Part shown: in pieces, positions 1 to 27,000 of the stretch
How positions within the stretch are numbered: position 1 is the first letter of the stretch
How the letters are laid out: each line of letters begins with the position of its first letter
Assembly (NCBI GenBank): GCA_035084275.1
Contig: CM068748.1
Span: 7,192,001-7,256,000, forward strand
Origin: Hydrolagus colliei
Taxonomy: Eukaryota
Length of the DNA stretch: 64,000 nt
Reading direction: 5' to 3'
Notes under the pieces: generated by a model
Told to the model about the DNA's origin: nothing
The model's input: only the letters and a program-made list of their open reading frames with translations
The model's database searches: none
Made by a program: the position numbers and the translations under genes

Positions 1-63
1 AGATTTTTCTTGTAGTCCTGTGTCAACGTATTACTTTACTGAACCATACACCTTGTTGTTTAG

Positions 64-14309
<14,246 letters not shown>

Positions 14310-14933
14310 CACCTGTCATGTGGTTGCAGTTTGTGACGCCCAGGTATGGATTAATATTTAATAGTTTATTGACTTTCAGCACATATCCAGCAGTTTATTT
14401 TGGATTGGATAATAACCACTAAATTAAAGGTGGCCCTCAAAATCCAAAATGATGAGTGACCTTAGACGCTGGTGTTGTCTGCATTGTAATGCAAATTTCA
14501 AGGTCCCAACCTAGGCCCTGTGGGATAAGATTTTACAATCATTGCGTATTGGGATATAATCTGTGTGATGTGCCCGATGCTGCAATGACGGGATAGAAGA
14601 GTAAGTATTTTGCAAGAATAAAATCAAATAGGCTGAGGGTCCATCTTCATCCAATCCTCTCAGAATCTTCTGAAGCTTCTGCCCAGTGAATTGATGTCCC
14701 AGCCTCTGTGCGATGGATTGGCTGGAATATAATGAAAACAGCAGGATGGCAGGTTAGGCTGAGCTACATGAATTGCCTGGCAAGACTTGTGTGTGTATAT
14801 AAATCACACACAGCCACACCTGGAGTGAATTGCTTTCATGCCCAGCGTTTGAATTTTATAAAGATGAGGACTTATAGCGGGTGGAAAGGGAGCATGACGG
14901 CGCTAGGACCTGGGAATGAGCAAGGCCAGCAGC

Positions 14934-14937
14934 GAGA

Positions 14938-14980
<43 letters not shown>
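14934..14980 (+). repeat. (GA)n microsatellite followed by GTGA/GGCA-rich low complexity
   Basis: Directly visible. Confidence 0.9.
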
Positions 14981-14982
<2 letters not shown>

Positions 14983-15119
14983 AGCTGGCAGCGAGTGAGA
15001 CCAGCAGCGAGTGGGTGAGCCGGGCACGCAGTCAGTGAGTGAGCCACGCTGGCAGTCAGGGAGTGAGTGAGTGAGGCTGGCAGGCAGGCAGTCAAGGAGT
15101 GAATATAATGTTCTTTTTA

Positions 15120-15263
15120 GAAAAAATTGTCGGAAAATGTCCAAAAAAACCTAACTCCAGTTTTTACATTCATTCTTATGGAAAAAAGGATTCGCTTAAC
15201 GTTGTTTCGCTTAAAGTCGCACTTTTCAAGAACCAAACTACGACATTAAGCGGGGTCTACCTG
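15120..15263. mobile_element. One end of a second Tigger-like DNA transposon
   Basis: CATTCATTCTTATGG...TTCGCTTAACGTTGTTTCGCTTAAAGTCGC...CGACATTAAGCGGGGTCTACCTG resembles Tigger-type subterminal and terminal sequence; the partner TIR was not found. Confidence 0.5.
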
Positions 15264-18200
15264 TGTATAAAATGAAAATGAAATAGTCCAGTACAAAAAA
15301 AAGTGCCTTGGTCCCCGCTGATACCTGACCTCATTCAAAGGTCATGTAAGAGCTATATCCAGATTTCCTTTCTTCTGTAAACACAAAACAAGTGCACTTC
15401 AGTGAAAGTACAATCCGCAGCTGTGTTTGCACAACTTCCACAAATCCAAAATGATGCATGTGTTATTTAGAGTTATCATTTAGAACGTACCCTCTGACAA
15501 ACAATTCCTTTCATGTTCACCCATTACACAGGTCATTGTAAAGAAATCATTGATTCACTTGCTGTTGATTTGTGAATTATTACTCTCGGGCTGTGAGCCT
15601 GTGCTCCTCAGATCCTCCTGGTGAACTGAGCATTGGATGTGCTCACATGGACGGGAGGTCCCTTAGCTTGTAAATGTCACACAGTTCACAGCACATACGC
15701 TCCTCGTGACATCCCCAAATCAGAATCGAGGTCAGTTCCAGACCCCAACTTATACCATACACACTGACTCACATAATTCTGTTAGTTTTAGAATATAGAT
15801 AGACATCCAGATATACCCAAATAAAATGCTGAGTTGTCAGAGGTTTGTAACATGGAAATGTCATCTTAAAAGTGTGGAAACCTGACTAGTTACAAGATAT
15901 CCTGGTGACTAACATCAGAGGATCATAATTAATATTTCTCATGGGAAATACGTGGGATACCGAGTGAGTGATGAGTTATGTGGGGTTAGCCCAGGCATTC
16001 GTTATTAGTGTTTCACTATATATAAATGGGATCTATGACACAGCCATATCATCTAACTGCGTTTCACAGAATATACTATAAAGTGAATTGTGAATTCACT
16101 TTCTAGTATATTCTATGAAGTGCTTTGAGACATTTCAAAGACATGATCAGGTGCAATATTAAATGCCAGATGTATTATTATACAATTTGTATGTTTTTTA
16201 AATGCCAAGTGCTAAACTGACTTTTTCTTACAGATGTGTTGAATTAGAATTTCTTAAAAATTGGTGTTTTCCCAAATACAGTAGTTTTGCAGCCTGAAGT
16301 TAAAAAAAACTCAGATTATTCTTCTCCATTGGTTTAAAACAAAATACATTGGGACTTTGAAAGATTCTTTCTTCTTCTAGTTTAGACTACTGTTCACAGT
16401 TGATTCAGGTCTGTTTCTTACAGGTTGTTGTAATATGAAATTCAGCAGGACTGTGCCAAAGTGAAGCACATAAACTTCTAGCAAGTGTGACGTCAGCCCT
16501 TCCTCAGTCGCTTGGTGTTTTGCTCTTCTTTTTTTAAAAAAAACTGGAAATTGCACAAACGGCTTCGGTAAAGTAAGAAATCCAGCCACTGGAATGAAGT
16601 GCATCACTAATTAACGTGACACAAAGGAGAATGGGCTGGCAACGGTTCGGTTCCGTACAAGCAGGCTTGTTTCTTTGTGGACTTAAGTTTCAACAGGCAT
16701 GAACGAAACAGCCAGAAATTGGATCCCTGCAAATGCAGGATGAGATCTTGCAGGAGAATGGACAGAATGGCCTCAGCTAGACTGAGCATTGGAGGCTTCC
16801 AGGCGTAGAACCCCAAGAGCGTTTATTTTCTTGTTGTAAATCATCGTGCACTTTCCCTCCCACATGTTCCCCGACAGTCATTTAAAAAAAGGCTTGTAGA
16901 TGTTCAAAGGTTTGCTATTCTTCCTCAACCGGGATCATGTTGGAAGCCAGTGTTAGTTTAATAGTTACAGACTTGTTATCGCATGGTTAGAGTTCATTTT
17001 AGTTGCAGTTTACAGATATTTAAATTTGAAAGAGGGAATGATGATTAGTTTTGGACTGTGTTGGACACAGATCAGATTAATAGGAGTGTTCAGATGAAAG
17101 CAAATCTAATTATTTTACTTCAGTATAAAATCATGCACATTTTTAGATGTAAAAGACACTGACCTAGGTTTTTTATTAAATATTTTTAGTAGATGTCAAT
17201 TATTTATTTAAGCAGAGATTTAACACTATGTGCTGTTACATTTGTATTACCTGTTTGTTTCGATGAGTAACCTTATTTTGATACACATAACAAACATGTC
17301 CTGTAAAAAGAACCGCATTTGTTCTCTTCACACATATGACAATAGTGTATATAGTGTACTTTATATTTTCTTTTTTTTAAATACCGTAATGCAACCGTCT
17401 AACAGGATCAGAACTTCCTAAAAGTAACTCATTATTTTCCGGATATTTTATTACTTTTTTTTAAGAAAAGGTGCTCTGTCAGGAGATTTCGTTTTTAACA
17501 AAAATGTTTTAACGATAAGCAGTTAAATGTCAAAACATTTGAAATAGGGCTCGTTTAGTTGCTGCGTTGGGTGGAGTGGCTCAGCTGAGCTGCATTGTGT
17601 GGTGTTTGCCAATTTTGTGTAAATGCCAAATGACTGAATCTCCTGAAGGTGCCCAAAGCTGCCGCTCACAAGAGTTTGTTCCTTGTTGGGCATTACTGTA
17701 ATTAGAAAACTAATTAACAATTCAGCAGCTCCAACTACGAATGGGGAACTGGAGTGATAATTAAAGGCTTGACAGAGGACATAGGTTGTCAATGTGGAAA
17801 CTATGTCCATGCTAACTCTTCACAACATTATCATTTCCTAATATGTAGCCAAACAGACTAAAACGTTTGGCAACTGCTACTGGACACCAGCAAGTACAGT
17901 ACAGTAGTTGTGGTTTTGATTTTCCTCTTAAAGCAGCATTAGTTCCATTGTGCATTCATCATTTTTAATGCAGTGATGGATCATGCTTTCTCTCCCAAGG
18001 CTTTGTCCCACAGGTTCCGGCTAATTTCTCTATGAAATTGCTGTATTTTACTTTATAATAAGCAGATTTTCTTATAAATAGCAGCCTGAAAGGACAGTAA
18101 GTAGGAAAGCTAGTATAAACATTTCTGTTTAAACTACAGAAATAGCTACTACATACTACAAACAAATCTCTAAGGTAACAAATTAAACTTTGGCACAGTA

Positions 18201-19439
18201 CTTTGGGAGTACAATTCCTTTTGTGTTAGAGCTAAGTCCAATTTGGGAAGTTTGAATTTAAATATTAGTGGCAGACACAAGTACATTAATAAAAGTTTTG
18301 AGCAGAAATTGTAACATCTTGCACCATTTTAGAACCAGAAGTATAATCTTTGTATAAAAAGCACTTTCCTGTTGTCAGTGTGTATTTATTTCCTACCTTT
18401 TTTGCCATGTAATTATTTTAAAACTGTTCAATGGATTAGAAACATTGTAGATAAGAGGTAACGCAATGTGCTACTAAAAGAGATGGCCACAAAGTCTAAA
18501 CTTACCCCCCCGCCCCCCCCCCAACTAATGATTTGATCACTGATTTGACCCCTTAATAAACTGAAAGGGGCAGATTCTCTTTTGAGCTTTTTATTGACAC
18601 ATTCGTTCCCAATTTACTGATGAATGTTAAGTGTTTCTGTTCCACATCCAAGCACTAATAGTAAGCAGCTGTTTAGTCTTAACTGAGCCTCCACACCCTT
18701 GTCCTAAGGGACCTATGAGAGTTTCAACCATGCATTTTCCTCTAGAATTTGACGTTTTCCAATGGTTTTGCTGGGGAGTGTTTTCTTTGTTTGTTTTTTT
18801 TGAATATATCTTTGAGTGAAGTTAATGAGAAACATTATGGTGCCTTCTCACTACTCTCCTGCATCTTATACCAATGTACTGACGTCCTGAAGGGGACTGT
18901 ACAGATTCATCAAATGAAAGGGGGGACGGGTATGTAACACACTTTGTGCCATTTGAAACCTGGTCAGGTTGGAGTCACTGGGCCTGGTCACTGGGCCTCT
19001 GTAGAAAGTAATTGGTAAATATGGTCTTAAAAGTTTTGCAAATACTACAGTTGAACTGTATAATGTATTTTTCCTTGCAGTGAATGTTTTATTTATCAGT
19101 GATTGAATATTGAAGGTAAATACTTAAAACAATTGTTTTTGTGAACACATTGTACCTTGTGTGAAACCCACAATTCTTTTAACTTTACTCTTATTTAGTT
19201 CTTCTACCTGTATGGATTACTTTCTGAGTACAGTATTGAGGTTGTTGGTGTTTTGTGAGAATTTTATTTGTGCAATGCTATCCTTTCAAGTGTTGAAACA
19301 TTTTGCCATCAAGTCAGTTTTTTTTACAAAAATCATTTCTATGTATCTTCAGGTTGTATATGGATTGTGTTGTGAATTAATATTTGTATTTATATGTAAC
19401 TGACTTTGGGAATTAGTGTATTGATGTTGTGTTGACCTG

Positions 19440-19445
19440 AATAAA
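19440..19445 (+). terminator. Candidate PLCE1 polyadenylation signal AATAAA
   Basis: AATAAA after a long U/GU-rich, repeat-poor 3'UTR-like stretch and before the NOC3L 3' end; other AATAAA hexamers exist upstream. Confidence 0.4.
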
Positions 19446-20872
19446 TATCATTGATTCATGTTTAAACAATGAGAAAATTATACAGGTGGGTTATTTGACT
19501 GGTAAATTAAGTTACATTGATATTTCAGGATTAAAATCATAATTCTGCTTTCAAAGCTTTAATATCTCTGGTGATATAATTCTATCCACTAATCATATTT
19601 TACCCATCAAAATTGGTTGACAGGGTTGCTGTAAATTTCAGTTAGTCTAGAAAACAGAAATAAACTAAGATATTATACTTGAACTGTTAAAATAGGAAAA
19701 AGTACTGGTCTACAAAACCTCTGGAGGGAGAAGTTATCTGATTTGGCTGCAAGGTGCGGAAGAGGAATTCCTCACCTGCCTGGCAAGAGGAATTGAGGCA
19801 ATCACTGGGGCTGGGGGGATTCTTTGTAGACCAGTGCAGTAGTCAAAGGCATTGTTGATGATGGCTTGTTGGCTAGATTGAGTCAATAGGGACAGATTAT
19901 TTCGACTTGACTCATGTTAACCCTAATGTGTAGGATGGTCCTAGCTCGAGAAGCAATAGGAAGCTTGTTAAACAGCATTTTTATTGCTAAGCTATTGTAG
20001 CCGGTTAAACCTCAACCTGAAATTAGGTAAGTAGGGTTCATACCTGTGTAAAATGGGGGCAACTATTTCTAGAGGGGGACACTGAGCAGTGATGTTGTGC
20101 TGCTCTCATGCACCACCTTGTGGTTGCCTCAAGCAGCACCAGCAGCCATAAAGTAGGTATCTCTACTGAAAAAAATTAACCAGTGTTTTCTTGTTGGACA
20201 TCAAGAGAGGTGGGGGAACATATAATAATAATCCTTGCATTTGATATAGTGCTTTTCACATCTTCTAGCTGTTGCAAAGCGCAAATATTAATGGTAAATT
20301 AGTTTATTTCTGCAGTGAAGGGCCAACCAATATTTTGTTTCCTTTTCAGATGCTTACTGCTGCCTTTACAGCATTTTGTGACTTCAGCTGAAATGTATCA
20401 CTTAACTTACTACATAAACGCACTGAGTAGGGCAATTAGGAGAAAACAAATCTGAAAATTTATTCTCGTGTGTACATATGGATTAAGTGCTGAATTTTAT
20501 GTTTGTTTCTTAAAATGAACTCCACATAAGTTTGAAGCACCAAAAACAGAGTGAATGTTTTGTCCTTTAATAAATTTTGAAAGGTAAGATGTTTCATACA
20601 AATACGTTTACCTATATACATGAAGCATGGATACCATGATTAGCCTTACAGTTGGAACTGAAACATTCCATCTTCCCTTTCAACAACAACAACTTTGATT
20701 TATATAGCACCCTCCATGCCGGATGGCACCTCAGAGCATTTAAAGATTTGTGTTTCAGATCTATATCAACCATTGTTCTATTTCAGATATCTGCATGTGC
20801 AATATTTTAATGTTATAAAATGTATTTGTTGAGAGTTCCACTTAGAGTTAATATCCAAATGCTTCCAGCTGA

Positions 20873-21004
20873 TCAGCTGCAGGTGGATTCACCACGGAAA
20901 ATTTCAGCAAAGTTGAAGTCATCAGTAATGCAGGGGCTTTCAAGGAGCTGGTTGATCTGTTGTTGCAAAGCTGAGTCGTGGAACATATGCTGCATTGCAG
21001 GCGT
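20873..21004 (-). CDS. NOC3L: NOC3L exon 21 (last coding)
   Basis: ttcag|[21 protein letters not shown]...[18 protein letters not shown]. Confidence 0.8.
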   Translation of the reverse strand, partial: TPAMQHMFHDSALQQQINQLLESPCITDDFNFAEIFRGESTCS

Positions 21005-24000
21005 CTGAAATTATATTGGAATGAAAAAAATAGATAAGCAGGGTACAGAAGCAAATTACGCTGTATATATAGCAACTTTCACGTCAGGTGGACGTCTCGA
21101 CGCTGGAACTAAAATATGGATAGAACAATTAAAGCCTTACCTTTTTGTTTGTTGTTACAGAGGATGCGACTGGAGGATTGAATGTCATCTCGTTCATACT
21201 GTACTCCTCAAATAGTTCTGTAGCGTGCCTGGCACAAACATACAAATCTCTTCAGTTTCCAAAACAATCATGTGCCACCTTAGATTATTATTTAGTTTGT
21301 TAACTTACCAATAAATTGTAAATGAGGCACTTATTACACTTCAAACAGTGACCTAGCATCTTCATGAAGCTATTCAAGTGGAAGCATCAGTTTAAATTAA
21401 TGGGAACTCTGAATTAACTAATTTGAATCACAAAAGCATTTGTTTCTAAAGCCAAAACTTGAAGTTGTGGCAAATCCTGCTCCAAATTCTAATTTATTGT
21501 CTTAAAACCAGTTCTTAACATTTTAATTCATAAATGAGATGACCTCAACAAAACAAGTGTGTGCCATTGTAGGTTCAATTATGTGAATGGACAATAAATT
21601 AGAATTTGTCAACAAACCAGACTTGTCTAACAGAAGGACCTGAATGACTAGCATGGATTGACACTTGGGTTTATACAAAATGGTAAAATCTCTTACTTTC
21701 TGCAAAGTTCGGGTCTCAGAGCTCTTGAGCCTTCTGACGGAGCACCAACACTAAGATGCGTTGCAAAGCTTTGTACCACAGGATGATAATGCCTCTATAA
21801 CCAAACAAGGGAAATGGGAGTTAGTGGAAAAAACAACTGAGTTATGGTCATTTAGTTGAAATAAACAATCTGTACTTATCAGCAGGTCTGGCCAGAACGG
21901 TGCAGTTGGTCAATTATTAAGTCCGCAACATAACTGAATCTGTTTCCAACAGGAATTTCCCATGAAATTATAATTTACTCATGCAACTCTAAAACATGAA
22001 TTTAAATAATTCTCTAATTTTATTCAAGTAAAAGTCTCAAGTATACTGCTAAAATGATAGCAAAAGCCTTAAGCTGCTCCAATACACACAATTCTCATCG
22101 ATTACCTTAAATTCAAACATTTTCACACACAGCTCCCTAACTAATTTGTGTGGTGCTAGATATGAGATCGAATTACAAAAAGAATTTACCATGAGATAAT
22201 GTAACTCCCACAGAGCAGTGTTCTGTGCATTGCAGTGTTCAGGCTCATTTAGTTCTGGAAGATAAAGTCCACTTCCCTGAGACTCATTGTCTAGTAAAAT
22301 ATCCATTTTAGGAAATGTCTAGAGAGGAAAAATAGTTTGATCAAACATTAAATTTCATCAACATTGCTATTACAACAACAACTTTGATTTATATAGCGCC
22401 CTCCATGCCGGACGAAGTCGCAGAGAGCTTAAATATTATTAATACAATGTCTAGCAATTTAGAGGTTTTTTTGCCAATGAAAATAATTGTATTTTCACAT
22501 CAGGACAATCATCCAAGGCACTTGCACAGTCGCAGATTTGCATGAACTACATGTCAGATTCGAGAGGAGCCCAATGCTGTTGAACTGACAACTCACGCTT
22601 ATTTAATGCTTTGCACACTGAATGCACTTAATTATCCACATTCCTATACATTTACTTTAAGTGCTCGTCAGTATGCAATGTGGGACATTCTTCTAAAAAC
22701 ATGATAGTGTGAATTAATTATTCTAATAGAACTTACTGTCATTAATACTCTGTTGGAAGCCAATATACCAATAGATGAATCAGGCAGAACATGAAGTGCA
22801 AGTGTACTCAAGCGCTTAAAATAAGCAAGGACACGTTGTAGAGAAACTTGCTTTCTGCGTTTTGTTAGCATCGCATCCAAACACTGTAGCACAATCAAGA
22901 CATCTTTGTTTGTGTGACCTGTAAAATAAAATCATGATCCTGTCAAATTTCCAGGATATATCTATTGAAAATTTTACAACATGTGTTTTACATATCTAGT
23001 TTATTTTGTGCTTGAAATAGTCACAAGATGTAATGGGAATAGATGTAAATCAATGGGTCAATAATATAAGTTACAACTCTACATGCAGTTCTGGATGCAA
23101 GTCAAAAGCAAAATCCATAAAATAACCCAGTCCCATTAAATCTTTGACTGAACATTTATTGCTGAGAAGGATCATAAAACTCATATGCAACTCACCAGCA
23201 TGCAACTTGAACAACATTTTGTAAAGGTGATTGTAGAATTTCATGGGGTCAATGTTCAGCACATCACCTGAAGCAAATTGAAATGTATAATCGGAATGTA
23301 CCTTAAAATATGATAATTTGGATGTAATTTTACAGGAAAATCATCAACAACAATTTACAAAAATGTGACACATCTTATACATTTATAAGAACATAGTTGA
23401 AAACTTGTTTGGCAAAAGAACCCACCTTGACCAGAAAGAACACAAAAGGCAGTCTGAACACAATGAAGACACTCTCTGTAGTTAAGATCCTGCAACGATA
23501 AAGAACAAGTTCACTTAGTGTACCGAGCAACAGATTCTGAAGAACAAAATGCTTGCCTGGCAAACAACTAATGTACACAAAATAAATGGTCTCTAATCCC
23601 TTTTCTTTTAAAATAAAACTCCTTTACTCACCCCAGAGTCGATGAGAGAATGCAGCACTATAAAGAGATCATCAAAGAACTCGATGTTTATGACGTGAGC
23701 GAATCTATGACAAGATTTACATGGTCAGTTTGTGCAGTCAGATGCATGATACAATGGGCAACTTCTAAGGTCAGTTGCCACTTCCTGTGGGTTACACAAG
23801 AGGCACTGCTGATTTCACATAATTCGCAAAGTGAAATCAGCAGCAGGTCCTGTGTATCGTGAAAAACACACAGTGAAATTATTAGCATTTCTGTGCATAG
23901 TGTGCATGCACAGCACATACAAAGTGACTTTAGTGCATCTTCTCAGTGCCTAGTCTGTATGGGTGCCTCACAAGAAGTGAATTTAGCAACCACCTGACAA

Positions 24001-27000
24001 ACAGGAAAGTGGACATATTTCTGCAATGACAGAATTTAGATTTTCAGTATAAAAAAATGTCAGGGCTCACAACCCCGATTGTGTTATAGCAAGGTGCATT
24101 TTAATTGGGTTTTCTAAATGAGCACGAGCAATGTTTTTCCATGTCTAAAAATTCAAGAAGGTTCCTTACTTGGCAAGGCCCTCCAGGACAGCAGGAAGAA
24201 GAACTGATTTTTGTGCCTTCTTTAAGATTCTGAAGTATGTCAGAAACACAATGTTTAGGACTTCAGTGTGCTGTTGGCAAAACAAGAGAAACTGTCAATA
24301 AAATGATTATTAAAAAATATATTGTTGGGTCAGAATAGAAGGTTGTATTCGAACATTTCATGAACTAAGCTCTCCACTTTGAGAAATAACTTGGGACCCT
24401 CGCACGACTGATATCAGCAAGATGTCTGGTTCATTGTGAATTGCGCTAAAAGTTTCCGTGCATTGTAAATTGTGAGCTCCTGAGATATAGACATGCTGAT
24501 GCCAGTAGTCAAGGAATTTTGAAGTTATCCAAGTTCATAATACAATGGTGTAAGTCACAATTTAAGGAAATTTTACAGTATGTCACAATTTCAAGCAGAG
24601 ATAGATTATTGGTACTCCACCCACTCCAATTAGCCGAGATAAAGGAGTGAAACCCAGAAACCACGTACCAGTTTTAGTTTTTTTTCTTTACTTTCTGAAG
24701 CTTCTGTTTCTAGAAGTTCTTTCTCCAGTTTCTCCTCTGCTTTTTTCCACTGAAAATTAAGAGATAATTTAAAACAAAACAATTGACATAATTTGCTCCA
24801 AATAAATATAATCTGTAGGTATCCAGCATTTATCTGGAGTGTTGACAACTCGTTAATACCTTTCTCTGTTTCCTGGAGAGACTTTGGTGTTTTTCCTTCA
24901 TTGTCATGAATCTCTTTTTAGGGGCAATGTCTTCTGTATCTTTCTTAACCTCCACATCCCGAATTCGCAGGGAAAGAAAGGTGTTCAGCACCTGCAATGA
25001 GAAAAAAACACAATAAATTCATAGAATCTTACGACACAAAAGTAGGCCATTCGACCCATCGAGTCTGCCCAGCTCTTTGAAAAGAGCAATTCAATCCCAC
25101 TCCCCAGCTCTCTCCCCATAACAGTACAAACCCATCCCCCACAAATAAATGTCTACCTCTCTTTTAAAAGTTATTATCAAATCAGCCTCCACCACCTTTT
25201 CAGGCAATGAATTCCAGATTCGAACAACTCACTGAGTAAAAACATTTCTCACCTCCCCTCTTTTAGAAACTATTTTAAATATGTGACCTTGAGTCACTGA
25301 TACACCCACCAGTCGAAACAGTTAATTTAACTTTTTAAAAAAACATTCACACAGCTCTCTAGTGGTGAATAGAGGCAAGGGAGGGGAATGAAAGATTTGA
25401 AAGGTTGTTTGATGCTGGGAGTCATACATGAACCAGATTGAGTGACTTACAAGTAAAATATTATTATAATAATCATGCTTACATCTGATATAGCGCTTTT
25501 CACATCTTCTAGACATCTCAAAGGGTTTCACAAATATGCTGTAAAGTGAATTTACTGTATATGGAATCCCTCAAGAAAAAAAATTATTCATTTTAATCCA
25601 TGATGGTTCGTGGGATATTGCTGTGCGCAATTGGCTGACACATTTCACCCATGTATATAGTCAATCCACTTTACAGTGTATTCTGTGAAGTGCTTTGAGA
25701 CGTCTAGAAGACGTGAAAAGCGCTATATCAAATACAAGGACTAGTACTGTAATTATTTGCACGGTAAACTTCCAATTTGTTTTCAAAATTAGTTTGTAAT
25801 TAAGAGATAGCAATTGGGAAGAACAAAATATACCTCAGATTTGATTTCGTAATTCCTGCTTTTAACAAGGCCAGAAATGACTTTGATCATTGTCAGTGAA
25901 GACTCGCCAACTTTGTCCTGCTTCAAGAGCTTTTTAACTGCCTCGCAACACATTTCTGAAATCTGAAAACAAACCGTTAAACATCACAGCAAAAAAAAGG
26001 CGTATAAAATCCAAACAACCTAATTACAGTAAAAGCCTGTTTATCCGTGACCCGATCAACCATAACTTCCATATAATCGGCACCTCAAAAAAGGTCTGCA
26101 TTCGATTCATCAGAATTTATCCGGCACTCGGTATTTTTTTTGGTGTTTTCAACTGAATCTCTGGCATGCGCATTGGCCAGGTCCCAAGGGTGCCGGATAA
26201 ACGGGCTTTTACTGTACTCAACATGCATCCTGTCTCAATGTGTAACGATACAAGCTGCCTTTCTGTAGCAGTAAATTATCCTGGTTGTTGACATGGACCT
26301 TCAGGTATGATAACTGGACTATTAGGCCGACCTCTATAACATCAATGATTGAAATTAGTAGATGGGAGAACATTAGAGGATAGTCAGCTCTTTACAATCA
26401 GAATGACAGTAAGGAGCAGGATATATTTTGTAAGCAGACAATAAATGCATTGGGTGTTGTGTTAAGTGTAGTAGAACTACAATGTAAATCACAATGTAAA
26501 ATCACTTGCAGAATCTGTGCATTCACTATCAGTATAGAACCAACTGTACAATACTAAATATTTGGTACAGGGGAAAATAATTTAAAATTGGTTAAAAGGG
26601 GCACACAGAGTATTGGATTGTATCCAGCAAAATAAATTCCAAAAGGAAAGCGGGTTTCAAATGTAAAAAAACAGAAGAAAATACGCAAATATGCACTCAG
26701 AATTCTCTAAAAAAGGATTAAATTGATCCCTTCCAATCAAAAATTCTCTCTAGATACACTGCAATTTAATTCTGAGGTTCATGTACCAAGTTATTAATTA
26801 AAAATGAGCTCTCGATTGAGCAGCCGTAAAGTTAAATCAAGAGTAAAGCCAGAACAGTTGGTGAATGGCAGAATGCTAGATTGAATTATTATCTTAAACT
26901 TGCTTCCAAATTCTTGTTCGTCAAATATAGTATAAACTTTTTTAAAAAGTTTTAACTTTTTGTCCAGCAACTTATAACATCACACAATTAGTATAATCAG

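Noticed and set aside
14708-15144. ORFs with (RE)n and (SL)n runs
   Set aside because: Translation of the (GA)n microsatellite and adjacent low-complexity DNA
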